DNA of 64,000 nucleotides from the human T2T-CHM13v2.0 reference genome, Homo sapiens (GCF_009914755.1 NC_060925.1); one strand, 5' to 3'; counted from the stretch's first letter, positions 20,181-37,510 are shown. The notes: generated by a model from the sequence alone, not told the origin. Numbers and translations: made by a program.

Positions 20181-21054
20181 CTATATGAGTTCTTGTGTAG
20201 GTGTTAGCTAACAATCTGGTGTTCCTAAAATGTGAAACACATATATCTTACTCTTTGGCAAATTAACAAAGTAAGCTGGCATAACAGCTTCTATTCTTGA
20301 CAGGAAAATTCTATACCTTTTTGTACTTGATTAGTCCATTAGGTTATTATCTACAGTTACCTGAATATGAGTAAAAATTAAAAAGAAATCTGTATATGAG
20401 GTAGAGGGATGGCTCCTAGAAAACATGTATATACAGATGTTTTTGCCATAAACCTATAGAATAATCATATTTTACTAGAGTAGATTTAATCAGTTGGGGA
20501 GATTGTTGAAACTGCTTCCAGAGGTGGCACAAGTTATATTTTGAAGGTTACAAATTGTGTTATATTTAGTTTATGCCACTTTGATACTTCTAAGGTTTAA
20601 ATTTTCTGTGCTTTTTTGTTTACTTGACATTTCTGGGATTGAGATCATGTTTGTTTCCTGCTATATTTGTTTTCTAGTCACGTTGAACCTTGTTTTTCTA
20701 ATAATTATGCTGCAATATTATTTGATACATACAATTTTAGCTATGTTCTCTTGTCCCTGCTGGTATTTTGCATTTATATAAATAACCTTTATAGGATAAA
20801 GTACAGTGTCTTTTGTCTTGAAAAAAGATGAAAAACTTTTTCAATGTGTCCCCGTTTGGTTTCAGTTATCCACATCTGAAGTCACTGTGGCTTTGCCTGT
20901 TTAAACAAGTTTCTTTTCTTGTCCCTTCAGTAGCAACCACCAGGGCCGTCGTTTTACATGTCACTTTTCTTTCATTCAGAAAGAGGTGCTCACTTTGGTC
21001 GTTAATTTTTGTTTTAGTCTGCTCCTATCATTATGGTAGTTTATAGAAACTATT

Positions 21055-21443
21055 TTTTAATTTTAGTTTTAATTTTTCTTTTTTTGCAGAGACAAGAGTC
21101 TCCCTCTGTTGCTCAGGCTGGTCTTGAACTCTTGGCCTCAAGCAGTAATCCGCCGCAGGCTCCCAAAGTGTTGAAATTACAGGTGTGAGCCACCACACCC
21201 AGTGTAGAAATTTTTTTTTTTTTTTTTTGAGATGGAGTCTTACTCAAGTGATTCTCCTGCCTCAGCCTCCCGAGTAGCTGGGATTACAGGCACCCACCAC
21301 CACACCCGGCTAATTTTTGTTTGTTTTAGTAGAGATGGAGTTTCACCATGTTGGTTAGTCTAGTCTCGAACTCCTGAGCTCAGGTGATCCGCCCACCTTG
21401 GCCTCCCAAGGGGCTGGGATTACAGGTGCCACCGCACCCGGCC
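21055..21443 (-). mobile_element. FLAM monomer (about 21055-21203) followed by an internally deleted AluS (about 21211-21443)
   Basis: TAGAAA(CTATT) recurs at 21044, 21205 and 21444, consistent with sequential insertion into one target. Confidence 0.8.
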
Positions 21444-21593
21444 TAGAAACTATTCTTTAGCTGTGATATGTACTTTATTCTATCATCATTTATTTTATGT
21501 AGATGCTACACAGTGTGCTAGAGTCTAAAGGGAATGTGTGCTTGTATTTTTCTTTTTTTTTGTTAAACTACCTCTCATGCTATTATTGCTTGG

Positions 21594-23104
<1,511 letters not shown>

Positions 23105-23892
23105 TTAGTCCATCTTGAGTTAATTTTTGTTTATGATGTAAGGAAATGGTCCACCTTCAGTGTTCTGTGTGTGGCTAGCCAGTTTATCCCATCACTATTT
23201 ATTGAATAGGGAGTCTTTTCCCCATTGCTCATTTGTATATGATGTAAGGAAATGGTCCATCTTCAGTGTTGTGCATATGGCTAGCCAGTTATCTCATCAC
23301 CATTTATTGAACAGGGAGTCTTTTCCCCATTGTTTTTGTCAGCTTTGTCAAAGATCAGATGGTTGTAGGTGTGTGGCCTTATTTCTGGGCTCTCTATTTT
23401 GTTCCATTGGTCTATGTGCCTGTTTTTGTACCCGTACCATGCTGTTTTGGTTACTGTAGCCCTGTAGTATAGTTTGAAGTTGGGTAACATGGTGCCTTCA
23501 GCTTTGTTATTTTTGCTTAGGATTTCTCTGGTTGTTCAGGTTCTTTTTTTGGTTCCATATGAATTTTAAAATAGTTTTTCCTAGTTCTGTGAAGAATGTT
23601 GTTTGATAGGAATAGCATTGAATCTGTAAATTGCTTTAGGCAGTTTGGCCATTTCAATGACATTCTATCCATGAGCATGGGATGTTTTTCCATTTATTTG
23701 TGTTGTTTCTGATTTCCTTGAGCAGTGTTTTATAATTCTTAGTGTAGAGATGTTCTACCTCGTGGTTGGCTGTATTCCCAGGTATTTTGTTCTTTTTGTG
23801 GCAATTTGGAATGGGATTGCCTTTCTGATTTGGCTCTTGGCTTAGCTGTTGTTGGTGTATAGGAATGCTAGTGATTTTTGTACATTGATTTT

Positions 23893-24198
23893 TTTTTTTT
23901 TTTTTAAAGATAGTGTATCTCTCTGTTGCCCAGAGTGCAGTGGCACTAGAGTGCAGTGGCACAATCTCGGCTCACTGCAACCTCCACTTCCCAGGTTCAA
24001 GTGTTCTTGTGTGTCAACCTCCTGAATAGCTGGGATTTCAAGCATGTGCCACCATGCCCAGCTAATTTTTGTATTTTTAGTAGAGACAGGATTTCACCAT
24101 GTTGGCCAGGCTGGTCTCAAACTCCTGACCTCAAGTGATCTGCCCACCTCAGCCTCCCAAAGTGCTGGGATTATACGTGTGAGCCACTGTGCCTGGCC
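23893..24198 (-). mobile_element. Alu (AluS) in L1
   Basis: TSD TGTACATTGATTTT at 23879 and 24199. Confidence 0.9.
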
Positions 24199-24353
24199 TG
24201 TACATTGATTTTGTATCCTGAAACTTTGCTGAAGTTGTTTATCAGCTGAAGGAGCTTTTGGGCTGAGACTGGGGCTTTCTAGATATAGAGTCGTGTTATC
24301 TGTAAACAGAGATAGTTTGACTTCTACTCTTTCTGTTTGAATGCTCTTTCTTA

Positions 24354-24506
<153 letters not shown>

Positions 24507-24583
24507 TTATTATTTTATTCCTTCAGTACATAGTTTACTGAGAATTTTTAACATGAAGGGGTGTTGAATTTTACCAGAGGCCT

Positions 24584-24979
24584 TGATATGGTTTAGCTCT
24601 GTGTCCCCATCCACATCTCATATTGAATTGTAATCCCCAGTGTTAGGGGAGGGACCTGGTGGGAGGTGATTGGATCCTGGGGGCGGATGTCTCCCTTGCT
24701 GTTCTCATGGTAGTGAGTGAGTTCTCACAAGATCTGGTTGTTCTCACGAGATGTGGAGTGTAGTACTTCCCCCTTCACTCTCTCTCTCTTTCCTGCTCCT
24801 CCATGGTAAGATGTGCTTCTTTGCCCTTCGCCTTCTGCTATGATTGTTAAGTTTTCTGAGGCCTACCAGCCATGCTTTCTGTACAGCCTGTGGAACTGTG
24901 AGTCAGTGAAATCTCCTTTCTTCATAAATTACCCAGTCATGGGTAGTTCTTTATAGCAATGTGAGAATGGACTAATAAA
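24584..24979 (+). mobile_element. MSTA-like solo LTR in L1
   Basis: TGATATGGTTT...GGACTAATA ends. 5-bp TSD GGCCT at 24579-24583 and 24980-24984. Confidence 0.9.
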
Positions 24980-27679
24980 GGCCTTTTCTGCTTCTCTTGA
25001 GATAATCACGTGGTTTTTGTCTTTAGTTCTGTTTTTGTGATGAGTCACATTTATTGATTTGTGTATGTTTAACCAACTTCACATCCTGGAGATGAAGGCT
25101 GCTTGATTGTGGTGGATTAGCTTTTTGATGTGTTGCCGGATTCGGTTTTCAAGTATTTTGTTGAGGATTTTTGCGTTGATGTTCATCAAGGATATTAGCC
25201 TGCAGTTTTCTTTTATTGTTGTGTTTATCAGGATGGTGCTGGCCTCATAGAATGAGTTGGGGAGGAGTCCCTCCTCCTCAGTTTTTTGGAATAGTTTCTG
25301 TAGGAATGGTACCAGCTCTTCTCTGTAGATCTGGTAGAATTCAGCTGTGAATCCATCAGGTCCTGGGATTTTTTTGGTTGGTAGACGTTTTATTACTGAT
25401 TCAATTTTGGAGCTTGTTATTGGTCTCTGTGGGGAATCAGTTTCTTCCTGGTTCAGTCTTGGGAGGACATATGTGTCCAGGAATTTATGTCTCTTTTAGG
25501 CTTTCTAGTTTGTATGCATAGAGGTGTCTGTAGTAGTTTCTGATGGTTATTTTTTATTTCTGTGGGGTCAGTGGTAACATTTCCTTTGTTATTTCTAATT
25601 GTGTTCTCTCTTTTCTTTATTACTCTAGCTAGTGGCCTATGTATCTTACTAAGTTTTTCAAAAAACCAACTCCTGGATTCATTCATCTTTTAATTGTTTT
25701 TTCTTGTCTCTATTTACTTCAGTTCAGCTCTGATTTTGAATACTTCTTTTCTTCTGGTAGCTTTGGTGTTGATTTCTTCTTGCTTCTCTAATTCTAGAAA
25801 CCCAATTTAAACTAATTTGTGCAAAAATAATTTGTTGAAAGGAATATTTTAGGGAAATAAAAAATGGAAGATTTATTAAGACTGAGGATGGGGACAATTG
25901 GAGCTAGGCCTCAGGAATGACTCAGGGATATGACTTGGTTAAGACCCTTTTTCTTGTCTCCGTCTAGGGTTTACTTTTCTCTCTCACTGCACACTGTCAT
26001 TCTTCATTGAGGAAAAACATGGCTGGTCACTAGTCCAAAAATCTTAGAAATTGGATTAATTGATCTAGCTTAGATTCATCTATTTGGCTGTGGGGTTGAC
26101 ATTTTTATAAAAGCTATGTGGTTTAAGTAGAGAGAAGGCTTATTCGCAGAATAAGATGTTTGAGAATTATTGTTGGACAGATAAAAATAGGTATCCATTA
26201 AAGTAATGTGAATTAATAAAGTTCTTTTGTCCCCTTTTCAGAGCTAGAGACATACTTGTGTACATGCATACATATTGGTTTGGTTCTTGCTTGGGAACTA
26301 GAGTAGTGGATAGACTGTTTAGTAAACAAAAGTCATGGTAATTTTTTCCTGGATTGGCTCAGTTTTTCAAAGCACAGAAGAATTTTGGTTGGCAAATGTT
26401 GTTCTATAAAGTATTTGTCCATTTTCTTAGTGTAAGTTAAGAATAGTTCCCTTTCTACTTTTGTTATGGATCTCCTACAGTCATTCTAATTCTAATGCCT
26501 GATAGTCTTTGCAGCCTATCCAATCTTGACTCACCCTTATATTTTTAGGTTTCTATTTTAGCTCAGGAGCCACTTGAAAATGAGTAGGCACAAACACGTG
26601 ATCTAAAAGCAAGAAGGAGGCTAACCACATTTGGCACTGAAGGAAATTACATCACGTGCACTGTGATTGCACACTTTCGAATATGTTACGTTATTTTGGG
26701 AAGAAAATAGCTTTCAGTTAGACATTGCTGAATATTGTTGTACTATTTCTTGTATATGTGAAAATTGTAGTTTTAGGCATCCAAGTGAGGTATTAATTTA
26801 GATATCATTATTGCTCATTTAGCAAAAATGATGTGGCATTAAAGTAAGAATTATAAGCTATTTCACTGGTAGAATTGCTGTAGGTATGGGGGAGAAGTGT
26901 GTCTTTAAGTGATTTAATTTAATCTAAATATTTATTGAGCTCCTTTGAGTTTAGAAGGGGATGGATAGAAGAAACAAAACACTGATACATACCAGATTTT
27001 CTATAATGCTGATAAGCTTCTGTTCCTTATTTCCGTATATCTTTAAAATGCCCTGAAAGTGAAAATATTTATGCCTATATTTCCATTATTTTTTGCACCT
27101 GAAGAAACATAAAAATCTTTTGTCAGATTTTATATTCTGATTTTTAGATTGCAACAGAGCAGTCTTAACTAAGTGCATTTTAAAGCAGTTTTGCATTTGT
27201 ACACTGCTCTGTAGTACATGCTGCGTTGAAATGGATGTATTAGTCTGAAGTTCACTAGAACAGTGAGCTTCATATTATTTAAAAGACCTCTGAGAATATT
27301 CCAGCTGTTATTTCTTTTGATTTGAAATAATAGCAGATTGCCATACATAAAGACAAAGTTAACATTTTGTTATAGCACACTGCTGCATAATAGTAGACTT
27401 AGTAAATTATATTTTGAAAGGACGTTTTGGAATGTAGGTCAGGAGCTGACTGGATTCTTCTGGAAATCACATAGCATGAGAATCTTGAGTCAAGTCAGTA
27501 CTTGACTTTAGAACTCATGCAGTCCAACTTCCTACCTGATGCTGGAATCCATCTTGCTATCCCAAATAATTCATTTGGTTATTAAAGAAGTATTTATTGA
27601 GGCATAGTGTGTGTAGATACTGTCCTGGGGATGTGTTGGCTAAAATAAAAATAGACTTGGTCCCTGCCCATGTGCAGAT

Positions 27680-28870
27680 AGGTCTTTTTTAGAAGGCTAT
27701 TAATTATTGTTGATTCAGTTTCTTGAAAAATACAGGGGTATTCAAGTTATCTGTGTCTCCTGGTGTGAATTTTGGTACTTTGTGTCTTTTAAGGAACTGG
27801 TCTCCTTCATCTAAGTGGCCGAATTTGTGGATAAAGAGTCTAACTTGTAGTTGGGTGTTCAGTGCTCAATCAGTCTCAACAAGTTATTTTTTGAATCAAG
27901 TACTCAAGTTGGGAAGAATTGACAATTTAACAACTTTGAATTTCCTAATCCATGAACATTGAATATCTCTACATTAATTAGATCTGATTTAATTTCCTTC
28001 CTCAGTGTTTTTTAGATTTCTGCTTACAGACCCTATGCATATTTTGTTAGATTTATACCTAAGTATTTCAATTTTTCCCTTGCTATTGTAAATGATACTG
28101 CTTTTCTAACTTTCAAATTCCTATTGTCCATTGTATGTAGGGAGGATAGTGACTTTTGTATATTGACCTTGTATCCTCCAACCTTACTGTACTTGCTTAT
28201 TAGTTCTGAGGGTTTTTTTTTTCTCTTTTTGAATCTTTAGGTTTTCCACATTGACAATCATGTAATCTGTAAATAAAGACAGTTTGATTTCTTCCTTTCC
28301 AATCTGTATACGTTTTATTTCTTCCAATCTTAGGGGGAAAGTGTCTGCTTCGTGATTATTAAGTGTGATGTTTTGTAAATTTATTTATTGGAGGAAATTC
28401 CCCTCAATTGCTAGTTTACTGAGAGTTTTTGTTTTGTTTTGTTTTATGAGTGGATGTTGGATTTTGTCAAATGCATTTCAATTGACATGATTATGATTTT
28501 TCTTTAGCCTATTGATATGTAGGGTGACATTGATTGGTTTTTGAATGTTGAGCCAGTCTTTCGTACCTGGTATATAATTCTTTTAATACATTGTTGGATA
28601 TGGTTTTCTAATATTTTGTTAAGAATTTTTGTATTAATGTCATTATAGATATGGATGTATAGTTTTTCATTTTTCTTGTTATCTGGTTTTGGTATTAGAG
28701 CAGTGCTGATCTCACAGAATGAGTTAGAAAGTATTACCTCTGCTTCTATATTCTGGAAGATATTGTGGAAAATTGATATTATTTCTTCTTTAAATGTTTG
28801 GTGGAGTTTACCAGTGAAGTCATCTTTGGTGCTTCCTTTAAAAATATAGGGCTATTCAGTTTATCAGCTT
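27680..28870 (-). mobile_element. Ancient L1M fragments
   Basis: Degenerate ORF2-antisense motifs (ATCCATGAACAT, GGATGTTGGATTTTGTCAAATGC). Confidence 0.65.
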
Positions 28871-28888
28871 GGCCATAGTGGGGTAGAA

Positions 28889-29216
28889 CAGCAGTCCCCA
28901 ACCTTTTTGGCACAGGGGACCAGTTTCATGGAAGATGGTTGTTGTCCACGGAATGGGGGCTGGATGAAACTGTTCTACCTCAAATTATCAGGCATTAGTT
29001 AGATTCTTGTAAGGAGCACTCAACCTAGATCCCTCACATGTGCAGTACACAGTAGGGTTCACACTCCTATGAGAATCTAATGCCACTGCTGATTGGATGT
29101 GAGGTGGAGCTCAGGCAATAATAATACTCGCTTATGCATTGCGTACCTCCTGCTCTGTGGCCTTGTTCCTAACAGGCCTGGGACCAGTATCAGTCTGTGG
29201 CCTGGGGGTTGGGGAT
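28889..29216. mobile_element. MER1B-like hAT-Charlie element
   Basis: CAGCAGTCCCCAACCTTTTTGGCAC...GGGGGTTGGGGA; right TIR clipped by the adjacent L1. Confidence 0.8.
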
Positions 29217-32200
29217 GAGGTAGAGCACAAAGTGGAGTCTTTGGGTCCCCTTTTCCAGGCCTTGGCTCTTAGATGGTATTTCTGGACCTGCCCTGGACCA
29301 GAGGGGAGCCCTCTGCCCTGAGGAATGAGTCCCAGGCCAGCCAGCATTCACCAGAAACTGACTGAAGAGCCCTTGGGCCTTAAGGGAACATCGGCAGTAG
29401 CTTGGAAGTATACCAAATGGGCCTGTGTTGTGGGTGGCCACAGGATAAGGCTCCTCTGCCTGTGGAAACGACAGGGATGAGTGGAAGAATTGTGTCTTGT
29501 GGTTTGAGTGCCAGCTCATCTGTAGCATAGTAGAATATTAGGTAGACTTCTAGGTTTTTAAACTCCAGTCCCTGGCTCCCAGATGACACTTCTTGACCCA
29601 CCTGGGGCCCAGGGGAACTTGTTGCCCTGAGGGGAAGGACACAAACCTGGCTGGCTTTGCTACCTGTTGATTATACAGCATCAAGACCTTGAGCTGCCAT
29701 AGGCGGTAGCCAGGTAGTGCTTACAGCAGGCCTTTGGTGAGACACAGTGCTGTCCTGACTTTAGGTTTGACTCAGTGCAGTTTCAGTGGTGGTGAAACAG
29801 GAGTCTTGTGTCACTCTATCCTCAGCCCCAGGTGGCACAGAACAGAGAGGGAGATTCCATTGGTTTGAGAGAAAGTAAGTAAAGAGAATAAAAGTCTCTG
29901 CCTGGTAATCAAGAGAATTCTCCCAGATCTCTTACGCAAGACCGTCAAGGTGATACCTTTGTGAGTCTGCAAGATCCACAGTGTTACTGGGTTTGGATGG
30001 AGTGCCCCTAATGCAGATACAGCTTAGATCACAACACCTAAGTCCTTTTGAATGCTAGGAAAGCCTTCCCAAGAAGATGGGTACAAACAAGCCCAGACTG
30101 AGAAGACTACAGTAGATACCTAACTCTTCAATGCCCAGACGCAGATGAACATCGACAAGCATCAAGACCATTCAGGAAAACATGACCTTACCAAAGGAAC
30201 TAAATAAGGCACCAGGGACCAATTCTGGAGAAAGCGAGACAGAAAATTCAAAATAGCTGTTTTGAGGCAGTTCAAAGAAATTCAAGAAAACACAGAGAAG
30301 GAATTCAGAATTCTATCAGATATATTGAACACAGATTTAAATAATTAAAAAGAATCAAGCAGAAATTTTGGAATTGAAAAATGCTGTTGACACACTGAAG
30401 AATGTATTGAAGTCTTTTAATAGCAGAATTGATCAAGCCGAAGGAAGAATTTGTGAACTTGAAGATAGGCCATTTGAAAATACACAGAGGAGACAAAAGA
30501 AAAACAAAACAGAACAAAAACAATGAAGCATGCCTACAGGATCTAGAACATAGCCTCAGAAGGGCAAATCTAAAAGTTATTGGCCTTAAAGAGGAGATAG
30601 AGAAAGATATGGGTAGAAAGTTTATTCAAAGGGGTAATAACAGAGAACTTACCAAATCTACAGAAAGATATCAATATCCAAGTACAAGAAGGTTATAGAA
30701 CACCAAGCAGATTTAAAGGAAGATGATGTCTGCCTCAAGACATTTAATAATCAGACTTCCAAAGGTCAAGGATAAAGGAAGGATCCTAAAAGAAGCAAGA
30801 GAGAAGAAACAAATAACATATAATGGAGCTCCATTGTGTCAGACTTTTCAGTGGAAACCTTATATACCAGAAGAGAGCAGCAGGACATGTTTAAAGTGCT
30901 GAAGGAAAAAACTTTTACTCTAGAATAATATGTTTGGTGAAAATATCCTTTAAACATGAAGGAGAAGTAAAGACTTTCTCAGACAAAAGCTGAGGGATTT
31001 CATGAACACCAGACCTGTCCTATAAGAAATGCTAAAGGGAGTACTTCAACCAGAAAGAAAAGAACGTTAATGAGCATTAAGAAATTATCTGAAGGTACAA
31101 AACTCACTGGTAATAGTAAATTCACAGAAAAAGACAGAGTGTGGTAACAGTAACTGTGGTGTGTAAACTACTCTTGTCCTAAGTAGAAAGACTAAATGAT
31201 GAACCAATAAAAAATAATAACTGCAACAACTTTTCAAGACATAGATAATCAAAAAAGATATAAATAGAAACAAGAAAAGATTAAGCAGGGGATAAAGTTA
31301 GGGTGTAGTGTCTTTATGAGTTTTCTTCTTGCTTGTTTGCTTGCTTATGCAAAGTGTTGTTATCAGCTTAAAATAATGGGTTACAAGATAGTATTTGCAA
31401 GACTCATTGTAACCTTAAATCTAAAAACATACAATAAGTACAAAAAAATTGAGAAGCAAGAAATTAAATCATGCCATCATAGAAAATCACCTTGACTAAA
31501 AGGATGACAGAAAGGAAAGAAGGAAGCAAATACCAGAAAACAAGTAACAGTTATAGGAGTAAGTCCTTACTTATCAGCAATAACAGTGAATGTAAATGGA
31601 TTAAACTCTCCAATGAAAGGATACAGAGTAGTGGCTGAATGTATAAAAAACCAAGACCCACTGATCTGTTGCCTACATGAAACATACTTTACCTGTAAAG
31701 ACACACATAGACTGAAAATAAAAGGATGGAAAAAGATATTCCATGTCAATGGAAACCAAAAAGGAGCAGGAATAGCTATACTTCTATCAGACAAAATTGA
31801 TTTTAAGACAAAAACTATTAGAAGAGACAAAGAAGATCACTGTATAATGACTAAAAGGTCAATTCAGCAAGAGGATATAATGATTGTACATATATATGCA
31901 CCTAACCCTAGAGCACCCAGATATATAAAGCAGATATTAGAGCTAAAGAGAGGGATAGACCCAAATACGATAACAGCTGGAAACTTCAACACATCACTTT
32001 CAACATTGAACAGATCTTCCAGTCAAAAAATCAACAAAGAGTAATCAGACTTAATGTGCCTTATAGACCAAATGGACCTCATAGATGTTTATAGAACATT
32101 TAATCCAATGACTGAAGAATACATATTTTTTTCCTCAGTACATGGATTATTCTTAAGGATAGACCGTACTTAGGTCACAAAACAAGTTTTAAAACATCAA

Positions 32201-32248
32201 AAAAAGAAATAATATCAAGCATTGTCTCTGACGACAACAGAATGAAAC

Positions 32249-32315
32249 TTAGGTTGGTGCAAAAGTAATTGTGGTCTTTGCCGTTAAAAAGGCAATTACT
32301 TTTGCACCAACCTAA
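32249..32315. mobile_element. MADE1 (Hsmar1-derived MITE) inside L1MA
   Basis: TTAGGTTGGTGCAAAAGTAATTG...CAATTACTTTTGCACCAACCTAA: perfect 23-bp TIRs, followed by TA. Confidence 0.93.
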
Positions 32316-33086
32316 TAGAAATCAGTAACAAAAGGAATTTTAGAAACTATACAAACACATGGAAATTAAACAACATGCTCCTGAATGACCAGTGCATCAA
32401 TGAAGAAATTAAGGAGGAAATTGAAAAATTCATTGAAACAAATGATAATGGAAACAGAAGATACCAAAACATATATGATACAGCTAAAGCAGTACTAAGA
32501 GGGAAATTTATTACTGTAAGTGCCTACATCAAAAAAGAAGAAAAACTTCAAGTAAGCGACCTAACAATACTTAAAGAACTAGAAAAACAAGAGCAAACCA
32601 AACCCAAAATTAGTAGAAAAAAAGAAATAATAAAGATCAGGGCAGAAATAAATTAATTTGACATGAAGAAAATAATATAATAGATCAACAAAACTAAAAG
32701 CTGGTGGTTTGAAAAGTTAATGAAAATTGACAAACCCTTAGCCAGACTAAGAGAAAAAGAGAGATCCAAATTAATAAAATAAAATCAGAGATGAAAAAGG
32801 AGGCATTACAGTTGATATTGCAGAAATTCAAAGGATCATTAGTGGTTACTATGAGCAACTATATGCCAATAAATGGGAAAACCTAGAAGAAATGGCTAAA
32901 TTCCTAGACACATACAATCTATCAAGATTGAACTGTGAAGAAATCCAAAACCTCAACAGACCAATAACAAGTAATGAGATTGAAGCTGTAATGAAAAGTG
33001 TCCTAGCAAAAAAAGCCTGGGACCTGATGGCTTCACTGGTGAACTTTCCCAAACATTTAGAGAACTAATCAAATATATTCAAACTA

Positions 33087-33368
<282 letters not shown>

Positions 33369-35109
33369 TCAAACTATTCCAAAAAATAGAGGAGAAGGGA
33401 ATACTTTCAAAGTCATTCTAAGAGGCTAATATTACCCTCATACCCAACCAAAGACACATCAAAAACAAACAAGTAAACAACTGTAGGCTAATATCTCTGA
33501 TGAATATCGATGCAAAAATCCTCAACAAAATGTTACCAAACAAAACACAGGAACACATTAGAAAGATCAAATTGATCACAATCAGTGGGATTTATCCCAG
33601 GGATGCAAATATGGTTCAACAGACACATATCAATCGGTGTGATACATCATATCAACAGAATTAAGGATGAAAACCATATGATGATTTCAGATGATGATTT
33701 CAGTTGATGATAAAAAAGCATTTGAAAACATTCAACATCGCTTCGTGATAAAAACCCTTAAAGAACTGGGTAAGGAAGAAATATACTTCAACATAATAAA
33801 AGCCATGTATGAGAGACCCATTGCTAATATCATACTGAAGAAGGAAAAGCTGAAAGCCTTTTCTCTGAGATTGATAACACAATAAGGATGCATACTTTCA
33901 CTGCTTTTGTTTTCAGCATATACTGGAAGTCCTAGCTAGAGCTATCAGACAAGAGAAAGCAATAAAGGGCATACAAATTGGAATGGAAAATGTCAGATTA
34001 TCCTTGTTTGCAGATGATATGGTCTTATATTTGGAAAAACCTAAAGACTCCACCAAAAAACTGTTAGAACTGATAAACAGATTTATTAAAGTTGCAGGAT
34101 AAAAAATCAACATATAAAAATCAGTAGCATTTCTATATGCCAACAGTGAAAAATATGAAATTGAAACCAAGAAAGTAATCCCATTTACAATAGCTACAAA
34201 TAAGATAAAATACCTAGGAATAAACCAAAGAAGTGAAAGATCTCCACAATGAAAACCATAAAACATTGATGTAAGAAATCAGAGAAGACACAACATTGGA
34301 AAGATATTCCATGTTCATGGGTTGGAGGAACCAATATTGTTAAAATGTCCATACTTACCCAAAGCAATCTATAGATTAAATGTAATCCATATCAAAATAA
34401 CAATGACATTCTTCACAGAAATAGAAAAAAAAGTCCTAAAATTTATATGAAACTACAAAAGACCCAGAATAGCCAAAACTATCCTAAGCAAAAAGAACAA
34501 AGCTGCAACAATCACATTATTTGCTTTTAAATTATGCTCCATAGCTATAGTAACCAAAACAGCAAAAACCAGTACTAGCAAGAAACACATAGACCAGTGG
34601 AACATAATAGGGAACCCAGAGATAAATCTGTACATCTATGGTGAACTCAGTTTTGACTAAGCTGCTAAGAACATAACACTGGGGAAAGGACAGTCTGTTC
34701 AATAAATGGTGCTGGGAAGAATGGATATCCATATACAGAAGGATGAAACTGGACCCCTGTATCTCATCATGTACAAAAACAAAATTAAAATACATTGAAG
34801 ACTCAAATATAAGACCTCAAACTATGAAGCTACTAAGAGAAATTATTGGGAAACTCTCCAGGACGTTGGACTGGGCAAAGATTTATTGAGTGATACCCTA
34901 AAAGCATGGGCAAAAAAAGCAAAAATGGACAAATGGTATCACATCAAGTTAAAAAGGTATCTGCACAACAAAGAAAACAATCAACAAAGTGAAGAGACAA
35001 CCCACAGAATGGGAGAAAATATTTTCAAACTACCTATCTGACAAGGGATTAATAACCAGAATATATAAGGAGCGCAAACAACTCTATAGGAAAAAGTCTA
35101 ATCTAATTA

Positions 35110-35432
<323 letters not shown>

Positions 35433-36739
35433 AAAATCTAATTTAAAAATGGACAATAGATTTGAATAGACATTTCTCAAAAGAAGATATACAAATGGCA
35501 AAAAGGCATATGAAAAGGTGCTTAGCAACACTGATCATCAGAGAAATGCAAATCAAAACTACAATGAGATATTATCTCACCCCAGGTAAATTGGCTTTTA
35601 TTCAAAAGTCAAGCATTAACAAATGCTAGTGAGGATGTGGAGAAAAGGTAACCCTGGTACACTGTTGGTGGGAGTATGCATTAGTACAAGCACTATGAAG
35701 AACAGTTTATATGTTCCTTAGAAATCTAAAAATTGAGGTTTCACATGATTCACCAATCCCACTGCTAGGTATATACTCCGAAGAAGAGATATCTGCACTC
35801 CCTTGTTTATTGCAGCACTACTCACAGCAGCCAAGATTTGGAAGCAACGTTAAGTGTCCATCAACAGATAAAGAAAATGTATACATATACAGTGGAGTAC
35901 TATTCAGCCATAAAGAAGAAGGAGATCCTGTCATTTTGCAGCAACATGGATGAAAGCAGATGTCATTAGGTTAAGTGAACAGGCACAGAAAGACAAAGTT
36001 CACACATTCTCACTTATTTCTGATTGCTAAAAATTGGAATAATTGAACTCATGTAGATAGAGAATTAGAACAATGATTACCAGAAGCTGAAAAGGGTAGT
36101 GGGAAGGTGGGATGGGTAAGGGACATGGGGATGGTTAATAGGTATGAAAAAATAATTAGAAAGAATGAATAAAACCTAGTATCTGCTAGCACAGCAGGGT
36201 GAATGTAGTCAATTTAATTGGACATTTAAAAATAACTAAGAGAATAATTGAATTGCTTCTAACACAAAGGATAAATGCTTGAGGTGATGGATACTCCATT
36301 TGCCCTGATGTGATTATTATGCATTTCATGCCTATGTAAAAGTATCTCACATAACACATTAATATATACACATGTACCCACAAAAATTAAAAATAAAGGA
36401 GTAAAAAAGTAATTTTTTAAATAATTTTATACTGCATGTAACCCATGTACAAGTAGTGCCATTACCTTGTAACAGGATATTTCCAATTCCTCCCTCTCTC
36501 CCCCTCCCCTTTTTTTTTTTGCCATTGCTGTCATGTTTTTTTTTTTTGTCCATGTGGTATAATCATCCAATACATTTATTCTTCCTTTTATCACATAGAT
36601 CCACATTTTTGACCTATATAATTTTCTTTCTGTCTGAAGAACTACTTTTAATCTTTCTTTCAAGCCAGATATGCTGGCAATGATTTTTCTTGGTTTTTGC
36701 TTGTTTTGGAACTTGTGTGATTAAGGAATTATAATGAGA

Positions 36740-37510
36740 AAGTGATGGGGGCAAGGGTGTATTGGGCCTTGTAAGTCTTGGGAAGCAGTTTGAATTTTAT
36801 TTAAATTTTAGTGAAAAGGTTTTGGTCTGGAGTTTTCATGTAATCTAATTTATTTTCCGAAAAAAAATTAAATAAATTGGCAGCTTTGTGAACAATGACG
36901 TAGATTGAGGGAAGAAGACTGGAAATAGAAGATGGGTTAGGAGGCTTTTACAGTAGATAAGAGCATTGTTTGGACTAGAGTGGTAGTAGTAGTAGACAGA
37001 AAAATGGATAGATGTGAGTCTTATTTTGGAAGTGGGTCTGACATGACTTGCTGATGTGAGGAGTAAAGAAGTGGAGGTGAATCAAGGATGATATCCAGGT
37101 TTCGTGTTCAAGTAACTTTGTAGAAGATAGTGGTGTTATTTACTGAAATGGCAAATCGGGACTGGAAACAAGTTTGGAGGAGACATTAGGAATTCCATTT
37201 TGGTCATGTTTCATTTAAGATACGATAAGACTTCCACATGGAAATATCAAGTAGAGAGGTGAATTTCAGGGCAGGAATTTAGAGAAGGTATTTGAGTTGG
37301 GATAGAAATTTGGAAGACTGTTAGCCTGCAGATGGTATTTTCGTCCATGACAATGACAGACATTACTTAGAGTGTGTGACAAGGGAAAAGGTCAGGATCT
37401 GAACTCAGGGAATTTCTAACATTTAGAAATCAGGTAGAGGAGCAGCAACCTGAGAAGGACTTGAAGGATTGACCACAGAAAGACATCTGGAATATGTGGT
37501 GTGTTGGCAG
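36740..37510 (+). mobile_element. LINE-2 fragment
   Basis: Purine-rich L2-like motifs (TGAATTTTATT, GAATCAAGGATGA..CCAGGTTT, TTTTGG.CATGTT, AGATGGTATTT). Confidence 0.6.

Noticed and set aside
20944-20958. GGCCGTCGTTTTACA, a 15-nt match to the M13-forward/lacZ site (vector contamination?)
   Set aside because: The match does not extend on either side and there is no polylinker; treated as chance.
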